Positions 27,607 to 37,000 of a stretch of 64,000 nucleotides of DNA are shown here, in pieces. This DNA comes from Thermoanaerobaculia bacterium (lineage in GTDB: Bacteria; Acidobacteriota; Thermoanaerobaculia; Gp7-AA8). The notes under the pieces were generated by a model, which was not told where the DNA came from, did not search any database, and saw only the letters and a list, made by a program, of their open reading frames with translations. Numbering within the stretch: position 1 is the stretch's first letter; each line of letters begins with the position of its first letter. Position numbers and translations under genes: made by a program. The stretch spans positions 10,302 to 74,301 of the forward strand of contig DASUSN010000216.1 in assembly GCA_036375075.1 (NCBI GenBank), given 5' to 3'.

Positions 27607-28775
27607 TCGCGATAGAGGCGCGGCACGCGTTTGCTCACGTTGCAGAACACCTCGTACGAGATCGTATCAAGTTTCGCCGCCAGCTCTTCGGCGGTGATCC
27701 CATCCCCGAGCAGGACCACCTCGTCGCCGACCTCCGCGTCGACGTCCGTCACGTCGATGGTGGTGAGGTCCATCGACACGCGACCGACCACCGGCACCCT
27801 CCGCCCGCGCACCAGCACCTCGCCGCGATTGGACAGGCGGCGGTTGTAGCCGTCCGCATAGCCGACCGGGAGGGTCGCGATGCGGCTCGCGCGCCGGGTG
27901 TGGAACGAGGTGCCGTACCCGACGGCGTGGCCGGGCGGAAGGTCTTTCAGCCGGGCGATCTCCGTACGCCAGCGCATGACCGGCTCGAGACGCGGAGAAT
28001 CGACGTCGAGGGGCTCGGCGCCGTAGAGCGCGATGCCCGTCCGCACGTAATCGCCCGGCGTGATGCCCCGCACCGTCGCCGCGCTATTCGCCGCGTGATG
28101 CTGCGGCGCCGTCACGCCCGCTTCGCGCAGCGTCTCGACGAGCGTGTTGAAGCGCGCGAGCTGCCGCTCGGTGAACGGGTCGCGCGGATCGCCCGCGTTC
28201 GCGAAATGCGTGTACAGCGCATCCACGCGCAGCTTCGGCGCCGAACGGATCAGCTCCACCACCCGCGGCAGCTCCGTCTCCACGACGCCCATCCGGCCCA
28301 TGCCGGAGTCGAGCTTCAGGTGGATGGCCACCTCGCGCTCTCTCGCCACACGCGTCACATGCTCGAGCTCCTCGGGGCCCGGCACGCCGAGGGTGACGTC
28401 GTGGTCGAGCGCGATGCGCACCTGCGCCTCGCTCAGAGGGCCGAGGACGAGGATCGGCAGCGCGATCCCGGCCTGCCGCAGCTCGAGCGCTTCCTCGAGC
28501 AACGCCACGCCGATCATCGCGACCTTCTCCGGCGAGCACCTGCGTCCCAACGCCACCGCGCCGTGGCCGTACGCGTCCGCCTTCAGCAGCGCGATCAGGC
28601 GCGTCCCCGCGGGCAGGCCCGAGACGATCGCGTCGACATTGCGCTCGAAGGCGCCGAGGGAGATCTCGGCGAACGTAGGTCTCGAGTCGTCGAGTCGTCG
28701 AGTCGTCGAGTCGTCGAGAGAGCCCCCTCGGAGACTGGAAGACTTGAGGGCTTGGCGACTAGGAGGAGTAGACAT
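27603..28775 (-). CDS. alr: Alanine racemase, with an unusual about 30-aa N-terminal extension partly encoded by an 8-bp tandem repeat
   Basis: PLP-Lys motif ALLKADAYGHGAV and conserved Alr body from RPTFAEISLGAFERN. No in-frame start between the ATG at 28775 and RPTF, so the repeat-encoded DDSTTRRLDDS segment would be translated. Confidence 0.8.
   Translation of the reverse strand: MSTPPSRQALKSSSLRGGSLDDSTTRRLDDSRPTFAEISLGAFERNVDAIVSGLPAGTRLIALLKADAYGHGAVALGRRCSPEKVAMIGVALLEEALELRQAGIALPILVLGPLSEAQVRIALDHDVTLGVPGPEELEHVTRVAREREVAIHLKLDSGMGRMGVVETELPRVVELIRSAPKLRVDALYTHFANAGDPRDPFTERQLARFNTLVETLREAGVTAPQHHAANSAATVRGITPGDYVRTGIALYGAEPLDVDSPRLEPVMRWRTEIARLKDLPPGHAVGYGTSFHTRRASRIATLPVGYADGYNRRLSNRGEVLVRGRRVPVVGRVSMDLTTIDVTDVDAEVGDEVVLLGDGITAEELAAKLDTISYEVFCNVSKRVPRLYRE
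28681..28720. repeat. Five tandem copies of 8-bp GTCGTCGA (same unit as 7306-7405) inside the 5' end of alr
   Basis: ctcgagtcgtcgagtcgtcgagtcgtcgagtcgtcgagag. Confidence 0.6.
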
Positions 28776-29454
28776 TCAGGTTCTGGCCATTCATCGGCCG
28801 GGAACGATCCGATGCAAGAAACAGGATCGTTTCGGCGACCTCCTCCGGCGTCATCGATGCCGGCGCGCCGCCGCTGGCGTCCGCCCACATCTGCGTGTCG
28901 ACCGAGCCCGGGCTGACGCAGTTCACCCGCACGCCGTGGCTCTTGATCTCCACCGCCAGCGCCTCGGTCAGCGAGATCACCGCGCCCTTGCTCGCGCAAT
29001 ACGACACCCAGCCCGGGAACTTCTCCGGACCGGGCACGCCGGAGATCGACGCGACGTTCACGATCGCGCCGCTGCGGCGCTCGATCATCGACGGCAGCGC
29101 GCGCCGGCAGGTGAGATAGACGCCGTGCACGTTGACCGCGAACATCTCCTGCCACTCGTCGAAGGTCGTCTCGACCAGCGGCGCGGGATCGATCATGCCG
29201 GCGTTGTTCACGAGCACGTCCACGTGGCCGAAGTGCGACTCGGCGGCGGAAAAGAGGCGCTCCACATCGCCCAGATGCATGACGTCGCCGGTCACCGGCA
29301 GCACGCGATCGCCGGCGATCTCCGCGAGCTTCTCCGCCGAGCGCGCGAACGCGACGACGCGCGCGCCGCGGCGCGCGAGCAATTCCGCCGTCCGGCGGCC
29401 GATGCCCGAGGAGGCGCCGGTGACGATGGCTACTTTTCCGTCAAATTCGCTCAT
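28759..29454 (-). CDS. SDR-family oxidoreductase
   Basis: GKVAIVTGASSGIGRRTAELLARRGARVV (TGxxxGIG), NNAG, YCASKGAV (YxxxK). Confidence 0.8.
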   Translation of the reverse strand: MSEFDGKVAIVTGASSGIGRRTAELLARRGARVVAFARSAEKLAEIAGDRVLPVTGDVMHLGDVERLFSAAESHFGHVDVLVNNAGMIDPAPLVETTFDEWQEMFAVNVHGVYLTCRRALPSMIERRSGAIVNVASISGVPGPEKFPGWVSYCASKGAVISLTEALAVEIKSHGVRVNCVSPGSVDTQMWADASGGAPASMTPEEVAETILFLASDRSRPMNGQNLNVYSS

Positions 29455-29499
29455 AATCCGCAGGCTATCCCATTCCGCCTGTCGACGAGAGGAGAAGTC

Positions 29500-30288
29500 A
29501 TGGACCCCACCGTCAATACCCTGGTGAACCTCTTCCTCCGCTGGATTCACGTTGTGGCCGGCATCATCTGGATCGGCCATCTGTACTTCTTCAACTGGGT
29601 GAACGCACAGTTCCAGGCCAAGGTCGAAGGACCGACCAAGAAGGTCATCAACCCCGAGCTCCTGCCGCGCGCGCTGTACTGGTTCCGCTGGGGCGCCATG
29701 TGGACCTGGATCACCGGCATCCTGCTCCTCGGCCTCATCTACTACCACGGGAAAATCGTGTTCGAAGGCGACTACATCCAGAGCGGCAACCCCTGGCTGT
29801 GGCTGGCGATCGTGCTGGTGGTCCTGTTCGTCGGCTTCGTGATCTACAACACGATCATGAAGGCCATCGCGAACAAGACCGTGGCCGCGGCCATCTGCCT
29901 GGTGCTGTTCGCGGCCGTGTACCTGTTCCTCGAGTACGTCGGCCACTTCGGCGGACGCTCGCTGTACATCCACGCCGGCGGCATCTTCGGCACGATGATG
30001 TTCCTCAACGTGTGGATGGTGATCTGGCCGAACCAGAAGAAGATCATCTCCGCGCTGAAGGCGGGCACGCCGCTGGCGCCGGATTCGCCGGAGGTCAAGA
30101 TCGCCGGCCTCCGCTCGCGGCACAACACGTTCATGTCCGTGCCTCTCGTGTTCCTCATGCTCAGCAACCACTACGGCGAGATGTACGGCAATCCGACGCG
30201 CGACCTCTGCCTGGCCGGCGTGATCATCATCGGCTTCATCGCCGTGCGCCTGCTTTACGCGAAGGCCGCGAAAGTGGAAGGGATGTAG
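29500..30288 (+). CDS. Polytopic membrane protein with HemJ/PuuD-N-terminal-like signature
   Basis: GAGGAGAAG RBS. LFLRWIHVVAGIIWIGHLYFFNWV resembles the HemJ-like motif (K/R-x-H-I-x-A-V-I-x-W-x-G-x-LY). 6-7 predicted TM helices. Only the last 262 codons of ORF 28144..30288 are credible. Confidence 0.4.
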   Translation: MDPTVNTLVNLFLRWIHVVAGIIWIGHLYFFNWVNAQFQAKVEGPTKKVINPELLPRALYWFRWGAMWTWITGILLLGLIYYHGKIVFEGDYIQSGNPWLWLAIVLVVLFVGFVIYNTIMKAIANKTVAAAICLVLFAAVYLFLEYVGHFGGRSLYIHAGGIFGTMMFLNVWMVIWPNQKKIISALKAGTPLAPDSPEVKIAGLRSRHNTFMSVPLVFLMLSNHYGEMYGNPTRDLCLAGVIIIGFIAVRLLYAKAAKVEGM

Positions 30289-30295
30289 CCCCGCC

Positions 30296-31072
30296 TTGCG
30301 GCTTCTTCAGGTCGACGCGTTCACCGCGCAGGCATTCCGCGGCAATCCGGCCGCGGTGTGCCTGCTGGACGCCGAGCGCGACGAGCGCTGGATGCAGGAC
30401 GTCGCCGCGGAGATGAACCTCTCCGAGACGGCGTTCCTGCTGCGCCGCGCCGACAGCGACTACTCGCTGCGCTGGTTCACACCCGAGGTCGAAGTGGCGC
30501 TCTGCGGACACGCGACGCTCGCGAGCGCGCATGCGCTGTACGAGGAGCACGGCCTCACGTCGGTGCGCTTCCATACGAAGAGCGGAGTGCTCACCGCGGA
30601 TCGCACCGGAAACGCCATCGAGCTCGATTTCCCCGCGATCCTCGAAGAGCGCGCCGAACCGCCCGAGGGCCTCCTCTCCTCCCTCGGCGTCACAGCCCCG
30701 GTTTACGTCGGCCGGAACAAGTTCGACTATCTCGTGGAAGTGGCGTCCGAGGACGAGGTGCGCGCGCTCGACCCCGATCACACGCAGCTCGGGCGCATCC
30801 CCGTGCGCGGCGTGATCGTCACCAGCCGCTCGCGCGAATACGACTTCGTGTCGCGATTCTTCGCGCCGGGGTCGGGTATCGCCGAAGACCCGGTGACGGG
30901 GTCGGCGCATTGCTGCCTGACGCCGTACTGGGCGCCGAAACTGGGGAAGGACGCAATGACCGCGTTCCAGGCGTCGAAGCGCGGAGGCGTGGTTCAGGTG
31001 CGCCTCGCAGGCGGTCGCGTAAAGCTCGGCGGCGCAGCGGTGACGGTCCTCCGGGGCGAGCTCACGGCGTGA
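30296..31072 (+). CDS. PhzF-family isomerase (phenazine biosynthesis-like protein)
   Basis: MRLLQVDAFTAQAFRGNPAAVCLL...LSETAFL...ALCGHATLASAH are PhzF/DAP-epimerase-fold motifs. TTG start. Confidence 0.75.
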   Translation: MRLLQVDAFTAQAFRGNPAAVCLLDAERDERWMQDVAAEMNLSETAFLLRRADSDYSLRWFTPEVEVALCGHATLASAHALYEEHGLTSVRFHTKSGVLTADRTGNAIELDFPAILEERAEPPEGLLSSLGVTAPVYVGRNKFDYLVEVASEDEVRALDPDHTQLGRIPVRGVIVTSRSREYDFVSRFFAPGSGIAEDPVTGSAHCCLTPYWAPKLGKDAMTAFQASKRGGVVQVRLAGGRVKLGGAAVTVLRGELTA

Positions 31073-31076
31073 GGTT

Positions 31077-31550
31077 CTGTCGCCCGCTACACGGGCTCGT
31101 TCCGCTGTGCGCCGGTCCCCCCGGCTGAAGCCGCAATGACGTTCACTTTAGGCGAGAGCTCACCCCTCATCCGCCTTCGGCACCTTCTCCCCTCGCCGGG
31201 GAGAAGGGCTCTCGACACACGAGCCCTGCGAGCGCCCTTCTGCCTCGCGCCCGGGAGAAGGCTCTCGATGCACACTTCCCCTCGAGCGCCCTTCTCCCCT
31301 CGTGAGGGGAGAAGGTGCCGAAGGCCGGGGAGAAGGGCTCTCGACACACGAGCCCTGCGAGCGCCCTTCTGCCTCGCGCCCGGGAGAAGGCTCTCGATGC
31401 ACACTTCCCCTCGAGCGCCCTTCTCCCCTCGTGAGGGGAGAAGGTGCCGAAGGCGGATGAGGGGTTGTTCTCGCCTAAAGTGAACGGCATTGCGACTGAA
31501 GCCGGGGGGCCGGCGCGCAGCGGACGAGCCCGCGTAGCGGGCGACAGGAC
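31077..31550. repeat. About 475-bp composite palindromic element: outer inverted arms of about 100 bp enclose two 129-bp tandem units, each made of three hairpins with a CTTCTCCCC...GGGGAGAAG stem; MITE-like or giant structured intergenic repeat
   Basis: Left arm tgtcgcccgctacacgggctcgttccgctgtgcgccggtccccccggctgaagccgcaatgacgttcactttaggcgaga... pairs with right arm ...tctcgcctaaagtgaacggcattgcgactgaagccggggggccggcgcgcagcggacgagcccgcgtagcgggcgaca. Internal 129-bp period measured (31198 versus 31327). ORFs predicted inside (31136..31483 etc.) are repeat artefacts. Confidence 0.7.
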
Positions 31551-31572
31551 GACGTGCGATAGCATCGCGCGC

Positions 31573-32589
31573 ATGACCATCCGGGAGATGCTCGAGCGGA
31601 TCGAGTACGACACCCTCGTTCCGCAGGCGGCCAAGAGCGCCGAGACGCGCGGCCGCGACCGGGCCGAGGACGAAGACGACATCCGCCCGTCGTACCAGCG
31701 CGACCGCGACCGCATCATCCACTGCAAGGCCTTCCGGCGGCTCAAACACAAGACCCAGGTGTTCCTCGCCCCCGAGGGCGACCACTACCGGACGCGGCTC
31801 ACCCATGTGCTGGAAGTGACGCAGATCGCACGCACCATCGCCAAGAGCCTCCGCCTCAACGAAGTCCTCACCGAGGCCATCGGCCTCGGCCACGACCTCG
31901 GCCACTCCGCCTTCGGCCACGCCGGCGAGGCCGCGCTGAACAAACTGGTCCGCGGCGGCTTCGATCACTACCGGCAGTCGGTGCGCGTCGTGGAGAAGCT
32001 CGAAGACCTCAACCTCACCGTGGAGGTCCGCGACGGCATCCTCAAGCACTCCAAGGGTGAGAAAGGCGAGCTGCTGCGGACGCGGCCGAAGGCGCGCGCC
32101 CTCACGCTCGAGGGGGACATCGTCCGCATCTCCGACATCATCGCCTACGTCAACCACGACATCGACGACGGCATCCGCGCCGGGATCATCCACGAGGACG
32201 ACATCCCCGCCGATATCCGCAAGACCCTCGGCGACACGAAGAGCCGGCGCATCGACCGCATGGTGCACGACGTGATCGACGCGACGCTCGCGAACGACTA
32301 CGAGGCCATCATGATGACGCCCGAGGCGCTGGAGGCGCTGGAGGCGCTGCGGACGTACATGTTCGAGAACATGTATCTGATCCGCGAGGTGCGCGGCGAG
32401 TTCGAGAAGGCACAGAAGATCCTCGCCGCGCTGTTCGAGTACGTCGTCGCGCATCCGGACGAGTTCCTCGACACGTCCGGCGACGAGCCGGTCGAACGGC
32501 TGGCGATCGACTTCATCGCGGGGATGACCGACCGCTACGCGCTGAACCTGTACTCGAAGCTGTTCCTGCCGCGGCCCTGGGTAAGCTGA
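31573..32589 (+). CDS. dgt: dGTP triphosphohydrolase-like HD-domain protein
   Basis: HD motif region RLTHVLEVTQIARTIA...GLGHDLGHSAFGH and a dNTPase-type C-terminus. Start taken at MTIREML (31573); the upstream part of ORF 31444.. lies in the repeat. Confidence 0.75.
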   Translation: MTIREMLERIEYDTLVPQAAKSAETRGRDRAEDEDDIRPSYQRDRDRIIHCKAFRRLKHKTQVFLAPEGDHYRTRLTHVLEVTQIARTIAKSLRLNEVLTEAIGLGHDLGHSAFGHAGEAALNKLVRGGFDHYRQSVRVVEKLEDLNLTVEVRDGILKHSKGEKGELLRTRPKARALTLEGDIVRISDIIAYVNHDIDDGIRAGIIHEDDIPADIRKTLGDTKSRRIDRMVHDVIDATLANDYEAIMMTPEALEALEALRTYMFENMYLIREVRGEFEKAQKILAALFEYVVAHPDEFLDTSGDEPVERLAIDFIAGMTDRYALNLYSKLFLPRPWVS

Positions 32590-32597
32590 ACGCCGGG

Positions 32598-32894
32598 CTA
32601 GCGCTTCTTCCTGGGCGGCGCGTTCAGCACGTCGCGCAGGTCCTTGCCGGCTTTGAAGCGCACGTTCTTCGAGGCGGGGATGGTGATCGTTTCCTTCGTG
32701 CGCGGATTGCGGCCTTCGCGGGCCTTGCGCTCCGTCACCGAGAAACTGCCGAGGCCGGGGATCGCGCAGCGCTCGCCGCTCTGGCAGGTTTCCGTGATGT
32801 AACCGACGAACGCATCGAACGCCGCCGCGGCCTCTTTCTTGGAAATGCCGGCCTGTTCGGCAATGGCGTTGATGACGTCACCCTTACCTGGCAT
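32598..32894 (-). CDS. hup: HU-family DNA-binding protein
   Basis: [29 protein letters not shown]...[42 protein letters not shown]; C-terminal Lys/Arg tail. Confidence 0.85.
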   Translation of the reverse strand: [98 protein letters not shown]

Positions 32895-32957
32895 TCGCCC
32901 TCCTCCAGCAACTTGTGCGGATAGCGCTCGTCAATCTAGGGTCCGGTTCCGCGAAAG

Positions 32958-34871
32958 TCAACGCGCGGCGGTGACACGTTTCGCAACGCATTCGTGCACG
33001 ACCGACACGACTTGCGCGTGGCTCCACGTGAGCGGTGCGACGGAAACGTGCTGTCCGTCGTGCGGATCGATCTGCTCGGGCAGGATCATCGACGGCGTCG
33101 CCTTCGCGCGCGCCCAGCGCACGAGATCGAGCGCGGCCTGGTCGTTTCCTATGGACAGCTCGTGCTCCGCGAGCCACAGCGTGCAGAGGATCCACGGATT
33201 GCCGCTGTCCTCGTAGATGCGGTGGTACTCGTCGTTCTCGTAGCGCGTGATCCCGCCAGTCTCCGTCCGGATCGACAGCTTTTCCCGGATGGAGCGCATC
33301 GTTCCCTCGACGAGCGCGCTCTCCGCGGGAAAGACGCCGAGATAGAACGTGGCGAACGCGGAGGCGTCGACGGTCGGGTCGAGCTCCAGCGCGCCGGTCC
33401 CGGTGAGCAGGAGGCCGCGCGCGAAGCGGCCTTCACTCTCCATCCAGAGGTGCTTCTTCATCGCGTCGCGCACTTCGTCCGCCGCCTGCGTCCACGTCGC
33501 GCGGCGCTCCGGCTCGTTCAGGAGATTCGCGAGCTCCGCGGCGGCGGTGAGACCGGCCCAGACCGCGGCGCACGTGAACGTAAAGACACCTTGACGCTCC
33601 TCCCACAGGTCGAAGCTCGGCAGGGGAAGGCCCGTCTCCGGATCGCGGAACCGCGCCAGAAAATCCGCCGCCGCGACGACGAGCCGCGGATAGATCGCGC
33701 GCAACAGATCGAGGTCGCGGGTACGCTGATAGTAGCGCGCGACGAGCCACAGCACGAGGGCGGTCTCGTCCTCCTGGATCGGCAACTGCGGCTGCCCGTC
33801 GCGCACCCACGGCTGCCAGAGCGGCGCGTGCGAGCCGTCGGGGTTGTACTTGTGGAGGAAATAGCCTTCGTCCCGGATCACCCCGTGCGCGAAGAGGAGG
33901 AAGCGCCGGGCGATCTCCGGAAAGCCCGCGCGGTCCAGGGCGTCACAGATGAACGCACCGTCGCGCATCCAGACGTACGAGTAGTGATCGTTGTGGCCCC
34001 ACTGAATGTCGGAGTCGTTCGCGGCCAGCACCGCGCCGCCGCGGTCGCACTGCGTGGCGATCACCAGCAGCGACCGGCGATAGAGGTCGATGATCTCGTC
34101 GGGCAGCACGCTCAGGTCGTCGCCCGGCTTGTTGACCCAGGTGTACCAGTGCGAGCCCGCGCGGGCCAGCACGTGCGCTGCACCCTCCGCCCGCACCGCC
34201 GCATCCAGCTTTCGCACCTCGGCGTCGCTCCGGCCCGCGCAGATCCACACCATGACCGTGGCGTTGCCGTTCGCGTCGAGATGGACGGGGATGGCGATGG
34301 TCGTGTCGACGGCGCCCTGCGCGATGGCGCTCATCGACAGCTCGCCGTCCGCCGCGTCCACCCAGGTCATCGCGCTGCGGCTGCACGCGTACTCGCGCAC
34401 GCCACCTTCGCAGTTGATCAGGACATAGCGACGCTTCTTGTACTGCATCATGCCGCCCGACTCGGGGTCGTACATGACCGTGTCGCCGATGGCGTTTCCG
34501 TACAGCGCGAACTCGTGGTGCAGCATCAGCTTGACGTCGCGGGCCTCGTCGCGCTGGTTGCGCACGACGATCTTCCGGACGTACACGTTCGCGTCGGGAT
34601 CGACGGCGTCGTAGCAGCGCAGCCGCAGCCCGAGCGTGTCGTTCTGCAGCGTGACGTCCGTGACCAGCGTGTCGCGCAGGTAGTCCAGCGTGTGCTGCCA
34701 GGAGGCCTCGTCGGTCGCGTGGAGCTCGTCGTCGGCATACACGCCGAGGCGGAACTTCGCGCCGGCCTGGTTCTCCATCCCGACGCGCGGAAAGTAGAAG
34801 TCGGACAGCCGGTACTGCGCGTCGAAGGCGACGAGCAGCGAGCCGTTGCCGATCGGGAGGTCGCGTGGCAT
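32958..34871 (-). CDS. Glycoside hydrolase family 15 (glucoamylase-like)
   Basis: 637 aa with an N-terminal beta-sandwich and a GH15 (alpha/alpha)6 core (WGHNDHYSYVWMRDGAF, LWEE). Confidence 0.7.
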   Translation of the reverse strand: MPRDLPIGNGSLLVAFDAQYRLSDFYFPRVGMENQAGAKFRLGVYADDELHATDEASWQHTLDYLRDTLVTDVTLQNDTLGLRLRCYDAVDPDANVYVRKIVVRNQRDEARDVKLMLHHEFALYGNAIGDTVMYDPESGGMMQYKKRRYVLINCEGGVREYACSRSAMTWVDAADGELSMSAIAQGAVDTTIAIPVHLDANGNATVMVWICAGRSDAEVRKLDAAVRAEGAAHVLARAGSHWYTWVNKPGDDLSVLPDEIIDLYRRSLLVIATQCDRGGAVLAANDSDIQWGHNDHYSYVWMRDGAFICDALDRAGFPEIARRFLLFAHGVIRDEGYFLHKYNPDGSHAPLWQPWVRDGQPQLPIQEDETALVLWLVARYYQRTRDLDLLRAIYPRLVVAAADFLARFRDPETGLPLPSFDLWEERQGVFTFTCAAVWAGLTAAAELANLLNEPERRATWTQAADEVRDAMKKHLWMESEGRFARGLLLTGTGALELDPTVDASAFATFYLGVFPAESALVEGTMRSIREKLSIRTETGGITRYENDEYHRIYEDSGNPWILCTLWLAEHELSIGNDQAALDLVRWARAKATPSMILPEQIDPHDGQHVSVAPLTWSHAQVVSVVHECVAKRVTAAR

Positions 34872-34883
34872 TGCGCGCGGAGT

Positions 34884-36026
34884 CTACACGGGCAGGACGA
34901 ACGCGGTGAATCCGTCGGCGCCCGATTCGGGCGTCAGCCGGAGCACGCCGTTCTCCACCCATGCGCGTGCGCCTTCCGGAACGAAGCTCGTGATGTCGGC
35001 GCGCGCGTGGCCTTCGACGATGGCGTCGTTTTCCTCCGGCTCGAGTGAGCAGGTCGAGTAGACGACGTACCGATTCGCGAGCGTCAGCGCGCTGGCCAGG
35101 AGCTCGCGCTGCAGCTTCGCGAAGTCCTGCAGCTCGTTCTCGTGCAGGCGCCACTTGATCTCCGGGTTCTTGCGGATGGTGCCCGTGGCGCTGCAGGGCG
35201 CGTCGAGGAGGACCACGTCGAACTTTCGCGCGAACGGCGGCATGCGCCCGTCGCCGGCCACCACGCGGCGGCTGCGCCCGAAGAGCGGGCGGAGTCGCGT
35301 GAGCGAGACGTCGTTCGAGACCACGCGCGCGCCGTAATGCTCCATGTAGATCGTCTTGCCGCCCGGGGCCGCGGCGAGGTCGAGGACGTCGTCGCCGCAC
35401 GCGCGCGCGATCGCCGCGATCACCGCGCTGCCCTCGTCCATCGGGTAGAAGTCCTTGCGGTCGAGGTCCGCGCTCGAGCCGTGCAGCTTCCAGAGGCCCG
35501 GCACGAGCGCTGACGGCTCGCCCTGCGGCGGCGCGTCGCCGAGGGCGAGGACGTCGGGGTACGAGAGCTCCTGATTCGCGTGCGCGATCTTCGCCGCCCG
35601 CTCCGCGCCATAGATCCGCGACCAGCGATCGACGAGCCATTGCGGATGCGCGGTCTGCGTGGCCACGTCGCGCGGCTCCGGGATGTCGCCGCGCGTCACG
35701 CGGCGGAGGATCGCGTTCACGAACCCGCGCGCCCGCTTCGGCGCGAGGTCCACGGTCTCGGACACCGCCGCGTACTGCGGGACGTCCATGTACAGCAGTT
35801 GATACAGGCCGAGGCGCAGGACCTCGACCACGGGCGGATCGAGCTTCTTCACCGGACGCTGCGCGAGCTGCGCGATCGCGAAGTCGAGCCGCGAGCGCCA
35901 GCGCAGGATGCCCAGCACCAGCGTGCGGACGAAGCCCGATTCGCCGAGGAGGAGGAGGGAGGCGTAGAGCTGCTCGCGCTCGATGCGCTGCAGGAGCTGC
36001 AGCGCGCGCGCACGCTCAGAGGACAT
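34884..36026 (-). CDS. rsmB: 16S rRNA (cytosine-C5) methyltransferase RsmB/Sun
   Basis: NusB-like N-terminus + MTase (VLDLAAAPGGKT, DAPCSATGT, YSTCSL). Confidence 0.8.
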   Translation of the reverse strand: MSSERARALQLLQRIEREQLYASLLLLGESGFVRTLVLGILRWRSRLDFAIAQLAQRPVKKLDPPVVEVLRLGLYQLLYMDVPQYAAVSETVDLAPKRARGFVNAILRRVTRGDIPEPRDVATQTAHPQWLVDRWSRIYGAERAAKIAHANQELSYPDVLALGDAPPQGEPSALVPGLWKLHGSSADLDRKDFYPMDEGSAVIAAIARACGDDVLDLAAAPGGKTIYMEHYGARVVSNDVSLTRLRPLFGRSRRVVAGDGRMPPFARKFDVVLLDAPCSATGTIRKNPEIKWRLHENELQDFAKLQRELLASALTLANRYVVYSTCSLEPEENDAIVEGHARADITSFVPEGARAWVENGVLRLTPESGADGFTAFVLPV

Positions 36027-36972
36027 GACCCGCTTTCCAGCCCAGACCGCGGGCCACCGCCGCGGCGGGCGTGCGCGGTTTGCCCGGACGCTGCATCTCC
36101 AGGATGCGCAGCGCGCCTTCGCCGCAGGCGATCACGACGCCGTCGTCGATCCCGAGGATCGTGCGCGGACTCGCGGTGCCGTCCGCGGGGCGCATATCCG
36201 TCAGCTTCAGGTCGCGAAACGTGATGCCGGGCCAGGGATCGAACGCGCGGAAGCGGTCGTAGATCGTCTGCGCCGGCTCGTCGAAGGTCATCTCCCCCTC
36301 GCGCTTGTCGATCTTCGGCGCGACCGTCGCGCGCGCGTGGTCCTGCTCCGTCTCCACGGCCGTGCCGTTCTCCACCTCGCGCAGCACCGCCGCCAGCGCA
36401 GCGCCGCCGATCGCCGACAGCCGCTGCGCCAATTGCGGCGTGCGCTCGTCCGCGCCGATCTCCGTCGTCTCGATGCGCAGCATCGGACCGTGATCCAGCT
36501 CCTCGTCCACGCGCATGATCGTCACGCCCGTGACCTTGTCGCCGGCCTCGATGGACCGCTGGATCGGCGCCGCCCCGCGCCACAGCGGCAGCACCGAGCC
36601 GTGGACGTTCAGAAACCCGTGCCTCGGAATGTCCAGCAGCGCCTTCGGCAGGATCTTCCCGTACGCGACGACCACCCCGCAGTCGGGGCGCACGCGCGCC
36701 ACTTCGCCGAGAAACTCCTCGTTCCGGACCCGCGGCGGCTGCAGCAGCGGCAGCCCCAGCTCCCGCGCCCGCACCGCCACCGCCGGCGCCTGCATCTTCA
36801 TCCCCCGCCCCGCGGGCTTGTCCGGCTGCGCGACGACGAGCACGACCTCGTGCTCGCGCGCCACGGCGTCCAGCGAGGGGACGGCAAACTCGGGAGTCCC
36901 GAAGAACACGATCCGCACGGGCGCGGATTCTATCTTTGGTACGCGGAGGCACTCCAAACGCCCAACTGTCAT
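36016..36972 (-). CDS. fmt: Methionyl-tRNA formyltransferase
   Basis: VRIVFFGTPEFAVPSL...NVHGSVLPLWRGAAPIQRSI are Fmt motifs. The usual upstream def is absent and replaced by the repeat/island boundary. Confidence 0.85.
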   Translation of the reverse strand: MTVGRLECLRVPKIESAPVRIVFFGTPEFAVPSLDAVAREHEVVLVVAQPDKPAGRGMKMQAPAVAVRARELGLPLLQPPRVRNEEFLGEVARVRPDCGVVVAYGKILPKALLDIPRHGFLNVHGSVLPLWRGAAPIQRSIEAGDKVTGVTIMRVDEELDHGPMLRIETTEIGADERTPQLAQRLSAIGGAALAAVLREVENGTAVETEQDHARATVAPKIDKREGEMTFDEPAQTIYDRFRAFDPWPGITFRDLKLTDMRPADGTASPRTILGIDDGVVIACGEGALRILEMQRPGKPRTPAAAVARGLGWKAGHVL

Positions 36973-37000
36973 CCCAAGCGTCGATGGGATTCTTAGGGGA

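Noticed and set aside
28144-30288. 714-aa ORF on plus strand
   Set aside because: Only the last 262 codons (from ATG 29500 with a strong RBS) look like a real membrane protein. The upstream part is antisense to alr and the SDR gene.
31180-31450. Possible CRISPR array (regularly spaced copies of CTTCTCCCC/GGGGAGAAG)
   Set aside because: The repeated units are self-complementary hairpin stems. The intervening about 27-bp segments are near-identical to each other rather than unique spacers. The whole region is enclosed in long terminal inverted repeats, and no cas genes are present. It is interpreted as a palindromic composite repeat.
31136-31751. Repeat-rich ORFs 31136..31483 (+), 31160..31402 (-), 31167..31751 (-)
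   Set aside because: Internal periodic peptide repeats simply mirror the 129-bp DNA tandem repeat. They are embedded in the palindromic element and there are no start or RBS signals.
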